Translations under genes and position numbers: made by a program | Shown here: piece by piece, positions 18,660 to 28,424 of the stretch | How positions within the stretch are numbered: position 1 is the stretch's first letter | Layout of the letters: every line of letters starts with the position of its first letter | Source of the DNA: an uncultured Sporobacter sp. | GTDB lineage: Bacteria; Bacillota; Clostridia; Oscillospirales; Oscillospiraceae | Direction: 5' to 3' | Assembly (NCBI GenBank): GCA_963677825.2 | Contig: CAXXEF010000001.1 | Coordinates: 2,063,003 to 2,095,002, forward strand | Length of the DNA: 32,000 nucleotides | The notes under the pieces: model-generated | Seen by the model: only the letters and a program-made list of their open reading frames with translations | What the model was told of the DNA's origin: nothing | Databases searched by the model: none

Positions 18660-19106
18660 GTGATGATGATGCAAATGACGAAAAAAGAATACGCGCGGTA
18701 TGTCGCGGCGAAAGCGCCGAAATCAACGCTTGGGCTGAATATGCTTAAAGCATTTGTCGCCGGCGGCGTGATTTGTTCAATCGGTCAGCTAGTGTTAAAC
18801 GGCTACCTTGCCGCAGGACTTGATGAACAGGGCGCCGCGACGGCGACGTCAATTTCACTTATTTTTGTGGGGGCCTTATTGACCGGATTGAAGGTCTACG
18901 ACGATCTGGCAAAATTCGGCGGTGCCGGTACGCTTGTGCCGATTACGGGTTTTGCCAACGCCGTCGCCGCACCGGCGCTCGAGTTTAAAAGTGAGGGTAT
19001 CATAACAGGGATGAGCGCCAAGTTATTTGCTATTGCGGGACCCGTGATCGTGTTCGGCGTGATGGCAAGTGTGATTTACGGGATTGTATACACCATTTTT
19101 GCGTAA
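18660..19106 (+). CDS. spoVAC: SpoVAC/SpoVAEB-family spore membrane protein (SpoVAC-like)
   Basis: ~148 aa with about 4 TM segments. KEYARYVAAKAPKS...AFVAGGVICSIGQ resembles SpoVAC N-termini. Start is ambiguous (GTG 18660, ATG 18663-18675). Confidence 0.8.
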   Translation: MMMMQMTKKEYARYVAAKAPKSTLGLNMLKAFVAGGVICSIGQLVLNGYLAAGLDEQGAATATSISLIFVGALLTGLKVYDDLAKFGGAGTLVPITGFANAVAAPALEFKSEGIITGMSAKLFAIAGPVIVFGVMASVIYGIVYTIFA

Positions 19107-19107
19107 A

Positions 19108-19144
19108 ATAAAGACCCGGCAGGCTTAACCTGCCGGGTCTTTAT
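19108..19144. terminator. Bidirectional intrinsic terminator between convergent genes
   Basis: 12-bp stem agacccggcagg / cctgccgggtct, flanked by A-rich sequence upstream and a T tract downstream. Confidence 0.9.
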
Positions 19145-19150
19145 CTAGTG

Positions 19151-20413
19151 TCATCCATTGCCGCTGGAGGTGCGCAGAATGCCGCCGTCCGTCAGTCCGT
19201 CACGCTCCATGAGGTTTTCCAGCACGTCGATGTCGGAGGAAATGTCCAACTTGTCGGACATGAACAGGCGGTCAAGCTGCTGCTCAAAGCCGGCGGCCAG
19301 CGTATCTAGTATGCGTTCGATGTCCTGTTTGGCTGCGGTGATGTTCCGGCCGCTGACGCCTTGCTTTTCAAGCGTTTCATACGAGCGCAGCAACTTTAAC
19401 GTCGTCGGTAGGTAGTACGACATAAACCGTTTAAGCTGCGGTTTTTTCTCCGGATGCTCCTCAACGATTTTAAAGATTTTAACTGTCAGGTCCTTAATGC
19501 GCTCAATCTTCGCACAAATCGCCGGGTCAGACGTTCGGCCGCACAGCAGGTGCAGCTCACTGACGACCGCAACATAAGCGCTGCCGTCTACCTGCGCGTT
19601 TTCGACGGCGGCGTCTGATTTTTGCGCGGCTTTGGCTTTTTCGGCATCGGCCGCGGAAAGCACGAGGCTGTAAAGCTCGCTGTCGAAATAGGCCTCCGGG
19701 CCGAAGTACCCAGAGTCGATCATCGTCTCGAGCGTCCGGCGAACACGTCCGTCCGTCTCGCCGACAGTACGCGCGATATCACCGACCGGCACAACGCGCC
19801 GCTCGCCTACGACGATGGCGTAACGGTAAAATCGACGCGCCCGGCGCAGAACACTGCCGCGCGTAATAAATGAAAGGATACCGCCGAGCAGGCAAAATCC
19901 GCCGATGATGATCATGCTGAGCGTTCCGACGGCCAGGCCCGATACGGCTAAAGTGCTAAGGCCCGAGGAAAGCAAGATAATCCCCGCCACGCCAAGCAGC
20001 GCCGCCAGAAGCGTCAATGCGACGGCCGGACCCTTACCGGCGTTTTTCAGGTGCTGGTTCGGATCGTTTTTTTTGTTCTTATTTCGCTGCTTCTTTGATA
20101 CGTTGCTCGTTGAACCGGTATAATACGATCCGTTTGACGAGCCGGCTGCCGACTGGCGTTGCTGTCCAGGCGCGTAGTAATCGCGCTGAGCGGAAGTCTG
20201 GCTGTATTCCGACGACGATGTGCGGCCAGTGCCGGGGGTAGCGTTGCTATTCTCGTTTTCATCAAAAAAACGAAAGCTCTTGCCATTAAAACGGAATTTT
20301 CGGATCAGCAGAAAAAGACCCAGCGGCCAGAAAACCAAAAGGCTGATGATCACGATAGCCCACGACAGTGCGTCGCCGGTTCCGTTGTTCTGATGTTGGT
20401 GGTTGTTGTTCAT
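19151..20413 (-). CDS. Multi-TM protein with a C-terminal XpaC-like (5-bromo-4-chloroindolyl phosphate hydrolysis family) domain
   Basis: The C-terminal ...LKRFMSYYLPTTLKLLRSYETLEKQ... resembles the XpaC family as I recall it. N-terminal TM, ~100-aa S/G/Q/N/Y-rich linker, then 2-3 TM segments. GGGAGGA RBS upstream of ATG 20413. Confidence 0.7.
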   Translation of the reverse strand: MNNNHQHQNNGTGDALSWAIVIISLLVFWPLGLFLLIRKFRFNGKSFRFFDENENSNATPGTGRTSSSEYSQTSAQRDYYAPGQQRQSAAGSSNGSYYTGSTSNVSKKQRNKNKKNDPNQHLKNAGKGPAVALTLLAALLGVAGIILLSSGLSTLAVSGLAVGTLSMIIIGGFCLLGGILSFITRGSVLRRARRFYRYAIVVGERRVVPVGDIARTVGETDGRVRRTLETMIDSGYFGPEAYFDSELYSLVLSAADAEKAKAAQKSDAAVENAQVDGSAYVAVVSELHLLCGRTSDPAICAKIERIKDLTVKIFKIVEEHPEKKPQLKRFMSYYLPTTLKLLRSYETLEKQGVSGRNITAAKQDIERILDTLAAGFEQQLDRLFMSDKLDISSDIDVLENLMERDGLTDGGILRTSSGNG

Positions 20414-20587
20414 CCGAACGCATCCTCCCGCGCGCATGATGTTATATGCGTATATTTAAGTATAGCAGAAACACGTTAAACTTAAAAGCACTCAGTAATG
20501 CGCTCTATTCGCTGTGCAGGCGTATTTGAACAGCACGTGCAAGAAGACGCGCAAACCGTCAAGCCCGGGTACGATCATCGGCATATA

Positions 20588-20616
20588 TCGACACGTGTGC
20601 CAGTTCATGGTATAAT
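20588..20616 (+). promoter_or_regulatory. Candidate sigma-A promoter with extended -10 for the HTH gene
   Basis: TCGACA, 17-nt spacer, (TGG)TATAAT at 20611-20616. Confidence 0.6.
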
Positions 20617-20650
20617 GGCACATGGTAATAAGGATACTAACTAGGCAAGG

Positions 20651-22144
20651 GTGATAATATTGGAAAGCCGCCTCAGCATTATAATGGACAGTTTTTCGAT
20701 ATCAGGCAAGGAACTGTCAGAATTTCTTCAGGTTGACAGCTCGCTTGTCAGTAAATGGCGCAGCGGCAAACGCAAGATTAAAATAAACTCACCTGTGATG
20801 GAGCAAATTGTTAAGTATGTGATGGATCTGGACGGCGAGAATCAATACGCCAGAATACGCCTGATACTGTCGCAGGATTACGTTAACGTCTTTAAGAGCG
20901 CCGAGAATGATATCCGGCTCTATTTAAAAGACTGGCTGACATCCGAAAAAGACAACGCCGAGAACGCCGCAGAGTATATTAACGAAATAAAAAACCTCAG
21001 AAACGCCTCGAAGCTTACAACGTATATGTTGTCCGGCACACACGGGCGGCGGAAGGCCGTATTATTTTTCCTCAAATACGCGCAACAAATTTCACCCGGC
21101 GCTGAGATATACTGCTATACAACGGAAGACGGCAGCTGGTTTACTGACAGTGAAGAATTCATCGAGGAATGGACCATGCGTAACATGACGCTGATGGGCG
21201 AAAACAATAAATCGCGTATCATTTTTCCGCTGAGCACCTCGTATGAAAGCGTGACCACATCTATCTTCTTATGGATGCCCGTTTTACTGACCGGGCAGAC
21301 GGAAGCGTACTATATCCCCAAATATACCGATAACCAGCTCGTCTTTACATATTTTCTGATAAAGGGTCATCTGGCCGTCTACAACTGGACGTCGCGCCAG
21401 TCTGCTCGGGAGATCAACACCTATATCACACATGAGCCGCAGTTTGTCAAAGACGTCGATGTGATGCTTCAATGTTTCATTGACGAAAGCACCCGCCTTT
21501 TTGAAAAATATGATTATCCGTCGAGCGACGCGTATATCAACAGCGTTGTGGCTATTTTGGAGCGCGGCTCGAAAGAGTACCATTGGATGAGTTTTCCCAT
21601 TGTCGATATATCCGAAGCGCTCATGCGTGAGATCCTGACAGTAAACGGTTTTGTCGGGGAAGAACTGGAGCAGTATTACGAGAAACTCATGGTCATGGGT
21701 GAACTGAGTGTCAAGTCAAGCCATTGCTACTTTATTGATCTAGAGTTACTTAAAGAGCGCCTGCGGGATAAAGTGATTGTGGTTAACGAATTGTCGTTCG
21801 CGTGCGGACGGACCATCCGGTTGGATCGCAATTTATCAGTACGGCTACTCCGGCAGTCGCTTGACTCTATTATGTCCTCGGAAAATTTCAAGATGTGTTT
21901 AGCCTCCACAGATCTTCTGCGCCGGCTCCACCAAACAGAGATCTTTGCCAAGGAAAATTCAAAAATCCAATTCTCCAATACAACGATCGAGCCGCCGTGC
22001 GTGCTGGTGACAAAAGAGCTGACGCTTGTAACGGCGGTATACAACTATTTTGAGCAGCTGTGGAACACAACGCCTTATATCTGTAAAAACAACGAATATA
22101 TATATAAGCAGATCGTAAAGATCATCGATGAGACAAACAATTAA
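20651..22144 (+). CDS. XRE-like HTH protein with a ~430-aa uncharacterised C-terminal region
   Basis: N-terminus ...SISGKELSEFLQVDSSLVSKWRSGKRKI fits an XRE-type helix-turn-helix. I recognise no domain in the rest. Start is ambiguous (GTG 20651, TTG 20660, ATG 20684). GC is about 40-45% by hand count of sample lines, against about 60-65% in neighbours. Confidence 0.75.
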   Translation: MIILESRLSIIMDSFSISGKELSEFLQVDSSLVSKWRSGKRKIKINSPVMEQIVKYVMDLDGENQYARIRLILSQDYVNVFKSAENDIRLYLKDWLTSEKDNAENAAEYINEIKNLRNASKLTTYMLSGTHGRRKAVLFFLKYAQQISPGAEIYCYTTEDGSWFTDSEEFIEEWTMRNMTLMGENNKSRIIFPLSTSYESVTTSIFLWMPVLLTGQTEAYYIPKYTDNQLVFTYFLIKGHLAVYNWTSRQSAREINTYITHEPQFVKDVDVMLQCFIDESTRLFEKYDYPSSDAYINSVVAILERGSKEYHWMSFPIVDISEALMREILTVNGFVGEELEQYYEKLMVMGELSVKSSHCYFIDLELLKERLRDKVIVVNELSFACGRTIRLDRNLSVRLLRQSLDSIMSSENFKMCLASTDLLRRLHQTEIFAKENSKIQFSNTTIEPPCVLVTKELTLVTAVYNYFEQLWNTTPYICKNNEYIYKQIVKIIDETNN

Positions 22145-22200
22145 TAGCAGTAGCTCGACAGACTGACGCAGCAGTATGGACAAGCCGATAAAAGCAAATA

Positions 22201-22230
22201 AAAAGCGGACCGTTACGGTCCGCTTTTTTA
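22201..22230. terminator. Bidirectional intrinsic terminator (HTH gene / ribF)
   Basis: AAAA gcggacc gttac ggtccgc TTTTTT. Overlaps the ribF stop codon. Confidence 0.9.
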
Positions 22231-23127
22231 TACACTTTGAAAATAGGCCCGCGTGCTTTCGGCATCCTTAAAAATCTGCGCCTTGAGCGCGTCCATGCCG
22301 CCGAATTTGATCTCCGGACGAAGCCGCTTGTAAAACTCGATGCGGACGCGTTTGCCATATAGATTACCGCTGTAGTCGAGGATAAACGTTTCAGCCGTAA
22401 CGCGGTCGGCATCATCGACCGTCGGACGTACACCGATATTCGTCACACCGATATGCTCGCTGCCGTCCTCGAGAAAGACGCGTGTCGCGTAGACGCCGTA
22501 CGCCGGGATTAATACGCCGTCTTGAAAACACATGTTGATCGTCGGTGTGCCGAGCGTGCGGCCCAGCCGATAGCCGTAGTGGACGATGTCCGTCAGTACA
22601 TGCGGATGGCCGAGGAACTCATTGGCCTGCTCCATATCTCCGGCGGCAATCAGCTCGCGGATATATGTCGAGCTGCTGGTGATGCCCTTATACTGTACGG
22701 GCGGGATAATATCACAGCCGATGCCGAGCGCTCGGCTTTTTTCCTTGAGCCGTTCGGCATTGCCTTCGCCGTGATAACCAAAGCGGAAATCGTGACCGGC
22801 CACAAGATGGCCGGCGCTAAATTCACCGGACAGCCGCTCGACAAATTCTGTCCACGGCATGTGCATCGTCGTTTTATCAAAATGCAGGATAATGACGTTA
22901 TTAATACCGAAAATACGATGGATTAAGCCCGCGCGATCCTCACAGGAGTTGATAAGCGGGACCTGATGCCCCGTGACCATACTCATCGGGTGTGCGTCGA
23001 ACGTGATGACCGACGGCAGCAGCTGGTGATCCCGTGAAATTTTTAGTACGCGCTCCATGAGCGCGGAATGCCCGATGTGCAGCCCATCGAAAAAGCCCAG
23101 GGCGATTGCACGCTTTTGCTCTGTCAT
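22228..23127 (-). CDS. ribF: Bifunctional riboflavin kinase / FMN adenylyltransferase
   Basis: N-terminal GFFDGLHIGH nucleotidyltransferase motif and a C-terminal riboflavin kinase domain. Confidence 0.95.
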   Translation of the reverse strand: MTEQKRAIALGFFDGLHIGHSALMERVLKISRDHQLLPSVITFDAHPMSMVTGHQVPLINSCEDRAGLIHRIFGINNVIILHFDKTTMHMPWTEFVERLSGEFSAGHLVAGHDFRFGYHGEGNAERLKEKSRALGIGCDIIPPVQYKGITSSSTYIRELIAAGDMEQANEFLGHPHVLTDIVHYGYRLGRTLGTPTINMCFQDGVLIPAYGVYATRVFLEDGSEHIGVTNIGVRPTVDDADRVTAETFILDYSGNLYGKRVRIEFYKRLRPEIKFGGMDALKAQIFKDAESTRAYFQSV

Positions 23128-23159
23128 CTGTTCGTCCCTTTCGCGCTCGTGAATCGGCG

Positions 23160-24029
23160 TTACACGTCAAAAAAGCTTTTAACCGTGTGCATCACGCCGT
23201 CTTCCGCGCGCCCGAGCATGAGGAAACCGCCATACCCGTCGTAAACTCTGTATAGTCCGTCATTGAGGGTGGTAGGAAATGCCGTGCCGTTTCGGCACCG
23301 CGCCGTTTGTTTTTCGTCCAGCCGGACAGCCGGATGATCGCTAAACAAGCTGTCAACGGGGCTGAGCAGCGCTTCAGCCTGACCGTTTTCAGCGGCTTGC
23401 TCGACGTCATCAAGCGTGACGGCGTTTTGCAGCGTGAACCGACCGGCGCGCGTTCGCCGCAGCGCGGACATTGTGCCGCCGCAGCCGAGTGCTTGCCCGA
23501 TGTCATGGCACAGCGTACGCACGTATGTACCCTTAGAGCAGTGAACGTGCATGCTGTAATCGCTGCCGTCGCAGCCAAGCAGCGCAAGCGAATGAATGAT
23601 GACATCACGCGCCGGGCGCTCCGCCTCGATACCGCGCCGTGCCAGCTCGTAGAGCTTCTTGCCGCCGATTTTTACAGCGGAGTACATCGGTGGTGTCTGC
23701 TTTTGCGGGCCGACAAACGATTTGAGCGCCGCTTCAACGTCTATAGCGGTCACATCAACAGGATGTTGCGATAAAACGGTACCGGTCGTGTCCTGCGTAT
23801 CGGTGACGATGCCGAGGCGCAGACCGGCGACGTATTCTTTGTCGTCGCTTTCACAAAACTCGACGGCACGCGTCGCGCGGCCGACAAAGACCGGCAATAC
23901 GCCGGTGGCCATGGGGTCGAGCGTACCGGCGTGGCCGATCCGCCGCTCGCCGAGCAGACGGCGAAGCCGAGCAATCACATCGTGTGATGTCCAGCCGTCG
24001 GGTTTGTCTATAACAATAATACCGGTCAT
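23160..24029 (-). CDS. truB: tRNA pseudouridine(55) synthase
   Basis: GIIVIDKPDGWTSHDV...GHAGTLDPMATGVL catalytic motif. Confidence 0.96.
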   Translation of the reverse strand: MTGIIVIDKPDGWTSHDVIARLRRLLGERRIGHAGTLDPMATGVLPVFVGRATRAVEFCESDDKEYVAGLRLGIVTDTQDTTGTVLSQHPVDVTAIDVEAALKSFVGPQKQTPPMYSAVKIGGKKLYELARRGIEAERPARDVIIHSLALLGCDGSDYSMHVHCSKGTYVRTLCHDIGQALGCGGTMSALRRTRAGRFTLQNAVTLDDVEQAAENGQAEALLSPVDSLFSDHPAVRLDEKQTARCRNGTAFPTTLNDGLYRVYDGYGGFLMLGRAEDGVMHTVKSFFDV

Positions 24030-24988
24030 TACGCAGACTGTCCGGGAAAGCTTTCCGCCAGGGCGTCAAGCAGGCGCATTTCGATCGTCTCGGCGCTTTC
24101 CTTTAGTGAAAAGCCGGCTGCCATCGCGTGGCCGCCGCCGCCGAAGCGCGCGCTCAGATCGCTGGCGTTAACGAGCGGTGTCGTACGCACGGAGACCTTG
24201 CAGTCGCCCGGGCCGGACAGCTCACGGATGGTAACGGCGACGATGACCTCGGCAATCGAGCCGGGAATGGCGGCGACGTCGTCAAGATCGTTTTCGGTAG
24301 CGCCGGTCTTTTCGAGCATTGCTTTAGTGATCGTTGCCACGGCGACGGCGCCGTCGTAGTAAAATTTCATATTCGAGGTGATCATCGCTTCCAGCACGAT
24401 ACGGCTGCGTGCTTTTTTGCGGAACAGCTCACGGTTAATCTCACCGATCGGCGCGCCCGCATCGACGAGCGCGGCGGCGGTGCGCAGCGTATCGGCTGTT
24501 GTATTCATAAATTGGAAGCAGCCCGTATCGGTTGAGACGGCAACGTACAAAGACGTCGCCGTTTCCTCGGAGACGCTGCCGCTTAGCGCCATCAGCAACG
24601 CGTAGACAATCTCCCCGCACGACGATTTACTACCGTCGAGGTATAGCTGCTTGGCATAAAGCGCATTAGACGGATGATGGTCAATCGACAGATCAACGCG
24701 GTCTTTATACGCTTCGGCGTTGTCAGGGAACAGCCCCGTCGACGCGGTGTCGACCGTTACGACAACGTCGGGTGTATAGTCCTCGGGCGCCCAGTGCTTT
24801 TCAACATACGTTGTGTACCGCGCTGTCGCTTCCGGGTTATGCAGGATATACGCCGTTTTACCCATCTCGAGCAGACCTTCGGCCAGACCTGCGGCGCTGC
24901 CGAGTGTGTCCCCGTCGGGGCGGCGGTGCGTCAGAATCAAAAAGCGGTCGTGCTCCTGCAGCCAGCGGACCGTCTCGTTAAACGTCAT
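24029..24988 (-). CDS. DHH/DHHA1-family phosphoesterase (NrnA-like)
   Basis: HRRPDGD, DHH (IDHH) and GGGH motifs. Start taken at ATG 24988 (GGCGGTGA RBS) rather than 25021. Its stop overlaps the truB ATG (TAATG). Confidence 0.88.
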   Translation of the reverse strand: MTFNETVRWLQEHDRFLILTHRRPDGDTLGSAAGLAEGLLEMGKTAYILHNPEATARYTTYVEKHWAPEDYTPDVVVTVDTASTGLFPDNAEAYKDRVDLSIDHHPSNALYAKQLYLDGSKSSCGEIVYALLMALSGSVSEETATSLYVAVSTDTGCFQFMNTTADTLRTAAALVDAGAPIGEINRELFRKKARSRIVLEAMITSNMKFYYDGAVAVATITKAMLEKTGATENDLDDVAAIPGSIAEVIVAVTIRELSGPGDCKVSVRTTPLVNASDLSARFGGGGHAMAAGFSLKESAETIEMRLLDALAESFPGQSA

Positions 24989-25352
24989 CACTGTCACCGC
25001 CTGTTTCGGTGTCGTCTTCAAGCTTGCCGAGGAGTTCCGAGATGTGCGCGCCGTGTTCGATGGACTTATCCAGATGGAAAATCAGCTCCGGCGTGTAGCG
25101 CAGGTCGAGGGCGTTGCCCAGTTCGCGGCGCAGAAAACCCGACGCCGACTTCAGCCCGCGCATCAATTCTTTTTCTGACTGAAGACCCAATACGCTGATA
25201 TAGATATTGCTGTAGCGTAAATCGCCCGTCGTATCGACGGCGGTAATACTCGTCATGCCCTGATGCACACGCGGATCTTTGACCGTGCGCAAGAGCGCCG
25301 AGAGCACGCGATGAATGTCTTCGTTCGTTCTGGCAATTCTGTTTGATGACAT
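24978..25352 (-). CDS. rbfA: Ribosome-binding factor A
   Basis: RbfA-like sequence (TITAVDTTGDLRYSNIYISV) at the expected position after infB. Confidence 0.94.
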   Translation of the reverse strand: MSSNRIARTNEDIHRVLSALLRTVKDPRVHQGMTSITAVDTTGDLRYSNIYISVLGLQSEKELMRGLKSASGFLRRELGNALDLRYTPELIFHLDKSIEHGAHISELLGKLEDDTETGGDSDDV

Positions 25353-25385
25353 GGTATTTACCTCAACGCCGGAAATGCCGGCGTT

Positions 25386-27740
25386 TTACTGTTTGATTTC
25401 CTCCATCGTGAACGACTCGATTACGTCGCCCTCTTTGATGTCGTTATACTTTTCAATGGAGATGCCGCACTCGTAATTGGCGGCGACTTCCTTGACGTCG
25501 TCCTTGAAGCGGCGCAGCGACGCCATCTCGCCTTCATGGATGACGATGTTGTCACGGATGATGCGCACGGAGGAGTTGCGGACCATCTTGCCGTCCGTGA
25601 CGTAGCTGCCGCAGACGGTGCCGACACGAGAGACCTTGATGACCTGACGCACTTCGGCGTGGCCGAGCACAACTTCCTTGTATTTTGGTGCGAGCATGCC
25701 CTTCATCGCTGTTTCGATCTCATTGATCGCATCATAAATGACGCGGTACAGACGGATATCAACATTGGAGCGCGCCATGCTGTCGCGCGCGGCGGCGTCC
25801 GGCCGGACGTTAAAGCCGACGATGATCGCGCCGCTCGTCGCGGCGAGCATGATGTCGGACTCGCTGATGCCGCCTACGCCGGATTGGATCACGCGTACAC
25901 GAACCTCGTCGTTCGTCAGCTTCTCAAGCGAGGCTTTGATCGCCTCGGCCGAGCCCTGAACGTCAGCCTTGACGATAATATTGAGGTCTTTAAGCTCGCC
26001 TTGTTTGATGCGCGAGAACAGATCGTCCAGCGAAACCTTGACGGGCGCGGCGCCGGCGCCTTTCTTTTCAGACTTGCGCTCATCGGCAAGCTCGCGCGCC
26101 ATGCGCTCATCGGCGACGGCATTGAACGTGTCGCCGGCTTCCGGTACCTCGGAGATACCGGCAATCTCGACAGGCACGGACGGTCCGGCTTCCTGTACGC
26201 GCTCGCCGCGGTCGTTCGTCATCACACGCACACGGCCGACGGCCGTACCGGCGATGATAACGTCGTTTTGATGCAGCGTGCCGTTTTGCACAAGCACAGT
26301 CATCAGCGGGCCGCGGCCTTTATCGAGCCGCGCTTCAATGACAGTACCGCGCGCCTGACGGTTGGGATTGGCTTTGAGCTCGCCCATTTCGGCTGTCAGA
26401 ACGATCATCTCGAGAAGATGGTCGATGCCCTCGCCGGTTTTGGCGGAAATCGGGCATACGATCGTGTCGCCGCCCCACTCGTCGGGGACGAGCTCGTATT
26501 CGGTCAGCTGTTGTTTGATCTTTTCGGCGTTGGCGCCCGGAACGTCCATCTTGTTGATGGCCACGATGATCGGGGTGCCGGCAGCCCTGGCATGGCTGAT
26601 CGACTCGATCGTCTGCGGCATGATGCCGTCGTCGGCGGCGACAATCAGGATCGCGACGTCGGTGACGCTTGCGCCGCGGGCGCGCATGGCTGTGAAAGCT
26701 TCATGGCCCGGCGTATCAAGAAATGTTATTGGGCTGCCGTTTACCATGGCGCGGTACGCACCAATGTGCTGCGTAATGCCGCCGGCTTCACCGGAGACAA
26801 CGTTTGCTTCACGAATCTTATCGAGCAGCGACGTTTTACCATGGTCAACGTGACCCATAACAACGACGACCGGTGCGCGCGGCTCGAGCTCGTCTTCATT
26901 ATCGGCGCGTACGTCGATGAGTTTCTCCTCGGTCGATACAATAACCTCATGTTCGACCTTACAGCCCAGCTCGATCGCGACGAGCGCGGCTGTATCGTAG
27001 TCGATCACGTCGGAGACGCTGGCCATGACGCCGAGCTTGATGAGCTGCTTGACGACTTCGGCGCCTGTCTTCTTCATCCGCGTCGCCAGTTCGCCGACGC
27101 CGATTTCGTCGGGAATATAGACTTTAAGCGGCGCTTTCTTGGCCGTTTCAAATTGTAGTTTCTGCATACGGTCGCGTTCCTCCTGTCGGCGCTTGGCGCC
27201 GGAGGCCATCGACTGACTGCGGCTTTTGTTCTTGTTGGTGAACTTCTGCTTACCGGCTTTGATGTTCTGCGCCTTTTCCGGTACAAGCTTGTCAAGCCGC
27301 TCGTCGTACTTATCAATATTGATTGTTGCGCCGGACGTATCAATGACGCGTTTTTTGCGTTCCTGACGCGCGGCGAACGGTTGGTCGGGCTTCTGGGCTA
27401 CCGTTGACGGGCCCTGCTGCTTCTGCTGCTGCGCCGGTGCTTTGGCGTCCGCGGCTTTTTTATCGCCGCTGTCGCTGCCGGACGCGGGCTTGGCGGCAGG
27501 CTCTTTTTTCGTCGGCAAATCGGCCGGCGGTGACTCGACGGCGTAGACCTCTTCGATCGATTCGATCTGGTTGTGCTGCGTCAGGTACTCGAAAATCAGA
27601 TCGAGCTCGCCAGACTCCAGAACCTGCATATGGTTTTTCGGCGTCGAGGCATACTGGGTCAAAATCTCGGTGACCGTTTTCGTCGGGAGCTTGAAGTCCT
27701 TAGCCACCTCGTGAACCCTGTATTTAAACATCATACTCAT
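25386..27740 (-). CDS. infB: Translation initiation factor IF-2
   Basis: GTPase motifs [18 protein letters not shown]. Low-complexity N-terminal region. ATG overlaps the upstream stop (ATGA). Confidence 0.98.
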   Translation of the reverse strand: MSMMFKYRVHEVAKDFKLPTKTVTEILTQYASTPKNHMQVLESGELDLIFEYLTQHNQIESIEEVYAVESPPADLPTKKEPAAKPASGSDSGDKKAADAKAPAQQQKQQGPSTVAQKPDQPFAARQERKKRVIDTSGATINIDKYDERLDKLVPEKAQNIKAGKQKFTNKNKSRSQSMASGAKRRQEERDRMQKLQFETAKKAPLKVYIPDEIGVGELATRMKKTGAEVVKQLIKLGVMASVSDVIDYDTAALVAIELGCKVEHEVIVSTEEKLIDVRADNEDELEPRAPVVVVMGHVDHGKTSLLDKIREANVVSGEAGGITQHIGAYRAMVNGSPITFLDTPGHEAFTAMRARGASVTDVAILIVAADDGIMPQTIESISHARAAGTPIIVAINKMDVPGANAEKIKQQLTEYELVPDEWGGDTIVCPISAKTGEGIDHLLEMIVLTAEMGELKANPNRQARGTVIEARLDKGRGPLMTVLVQNGTLHQNDVIIAGTAVGRVRVMTNDRGERVQEAGPSVPVEIAGISEVPEAGDTFNAVADERMARELADERKSEKKGAGAAPVKVSLDDLFSRIKQGELKDLNIIVKADVQGSAEAIKASLEKLTNDEVRVRVIQSGVGGISESDIMLAATSGAIIVGFNVRPDAAARDSMARSNVDIRLYRVIYDAINEIETAMKGMLAPKYKEVVLGHAEVRQVIKVSRVGTVCGSYVTDGKMVRNSSVRIIRDNIVIHEGEMASLRRFKDDVKEVAANYECGISIEKYNDIKEGDVIESFTMEEIKQ

Positions 27741-28162
27741 TTATTCGTCCTCCTCTTGCCGGATCGTTTGTTTCTTAAATGTGCCTTGGCCTCGCGCCGC
27801 CGCTGTAGTACGCGCTTAGCCGATTCGTTCAGCGCCGACGCGGCGTCGCTGTAGGGCTCGGGGTCGGATTTGGCAAGCTTTGATACGTACGACGCGGCGA
27901 TGCCGGCGTCCAGCACGGCAAGCATGCCCGGCAGCCCCCTGCCGATAACGGCACCCAAATCGCTTTTCGTTGACGGAATAACGAGGTGCGGCGCCTTGTA
28001 TTGTGCCCCGAGTGCCTTTGCGCGGCGCTTTGAGCCGTCCGACGCGTCGGAGGCCGATAGGATAACAACGGCTTTACCCGCGCGCGCTGCGTTTGTGACC
28101 GATTCCTCACCGATCTCTAACAGACCGGCCTTTTTAGCGATGCCGAGCAGTGATTCATTCAT
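27737..28162 (-). CDS. ylxQ: L7Ae-family RNA-binding protein (YlxQ-like) with a basic C-terminal tail
   Basis: LLGIAKKAG...[11 protein letters not shown]... resembles an L7Ae/YlxQ fold. Position between ylxR and infB. About 40 extra C-terminal residues rich in K/R. Confidence 0.8.
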   Translation of the reverse strand: MNESLLGIAKKAGLLEIGEESVTNAARAGKAVVILSASDASDGSKRRAKALGAQYKAPHLVIPSTKSDLGAVIGRGLPGMLAVLDAGIAASYVSKLAKSDPEPYSDAASALNESAKRVLQRRREAKAHLRNKRSGKRRTNK

Positions 28163-28424
28163 GGCTGCCCTCCATCTGCGCGTCCAGCGCGTCGTACATC
28201 TCGTCCGGGATGGCTGTGCCCAGTGCTCTGTCGAGCGCTTTGGCGCGCCGTGCCTTCTTCAAACAGTCCGGGTCGCGGCAGATATACGCGCCACGTCCGG
28301 GGCTCTTGCCTTTGAAGTCGAGCGAGACGACACCGTCCGGCGCGCGTACGGCTCGAATCAGCTCGCGCTTGGGTTTCATCACGCGGCAGCCGAGACATTG
28401 CCGCATTGGTATTTTCTTTTGCAT
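28155..28424 (-). CDS. ylxR: YlxR/DUF448-family RNA-binding protein
   Basis: PMRQCLGCR...GRGAYIC motifs. Start taken at ATG 28424 (GGGAG upstream) rather than 28445. Confidence 0.88.
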   Translation of the reverse strand: MQKKIPMRQCLGCRVMKPKRELIRAVRAPDGVVSLDFKGKSPGRGAYICRDPDCLKKARRAKALDRALGTAIPDEMYDALDAQMEGSHE

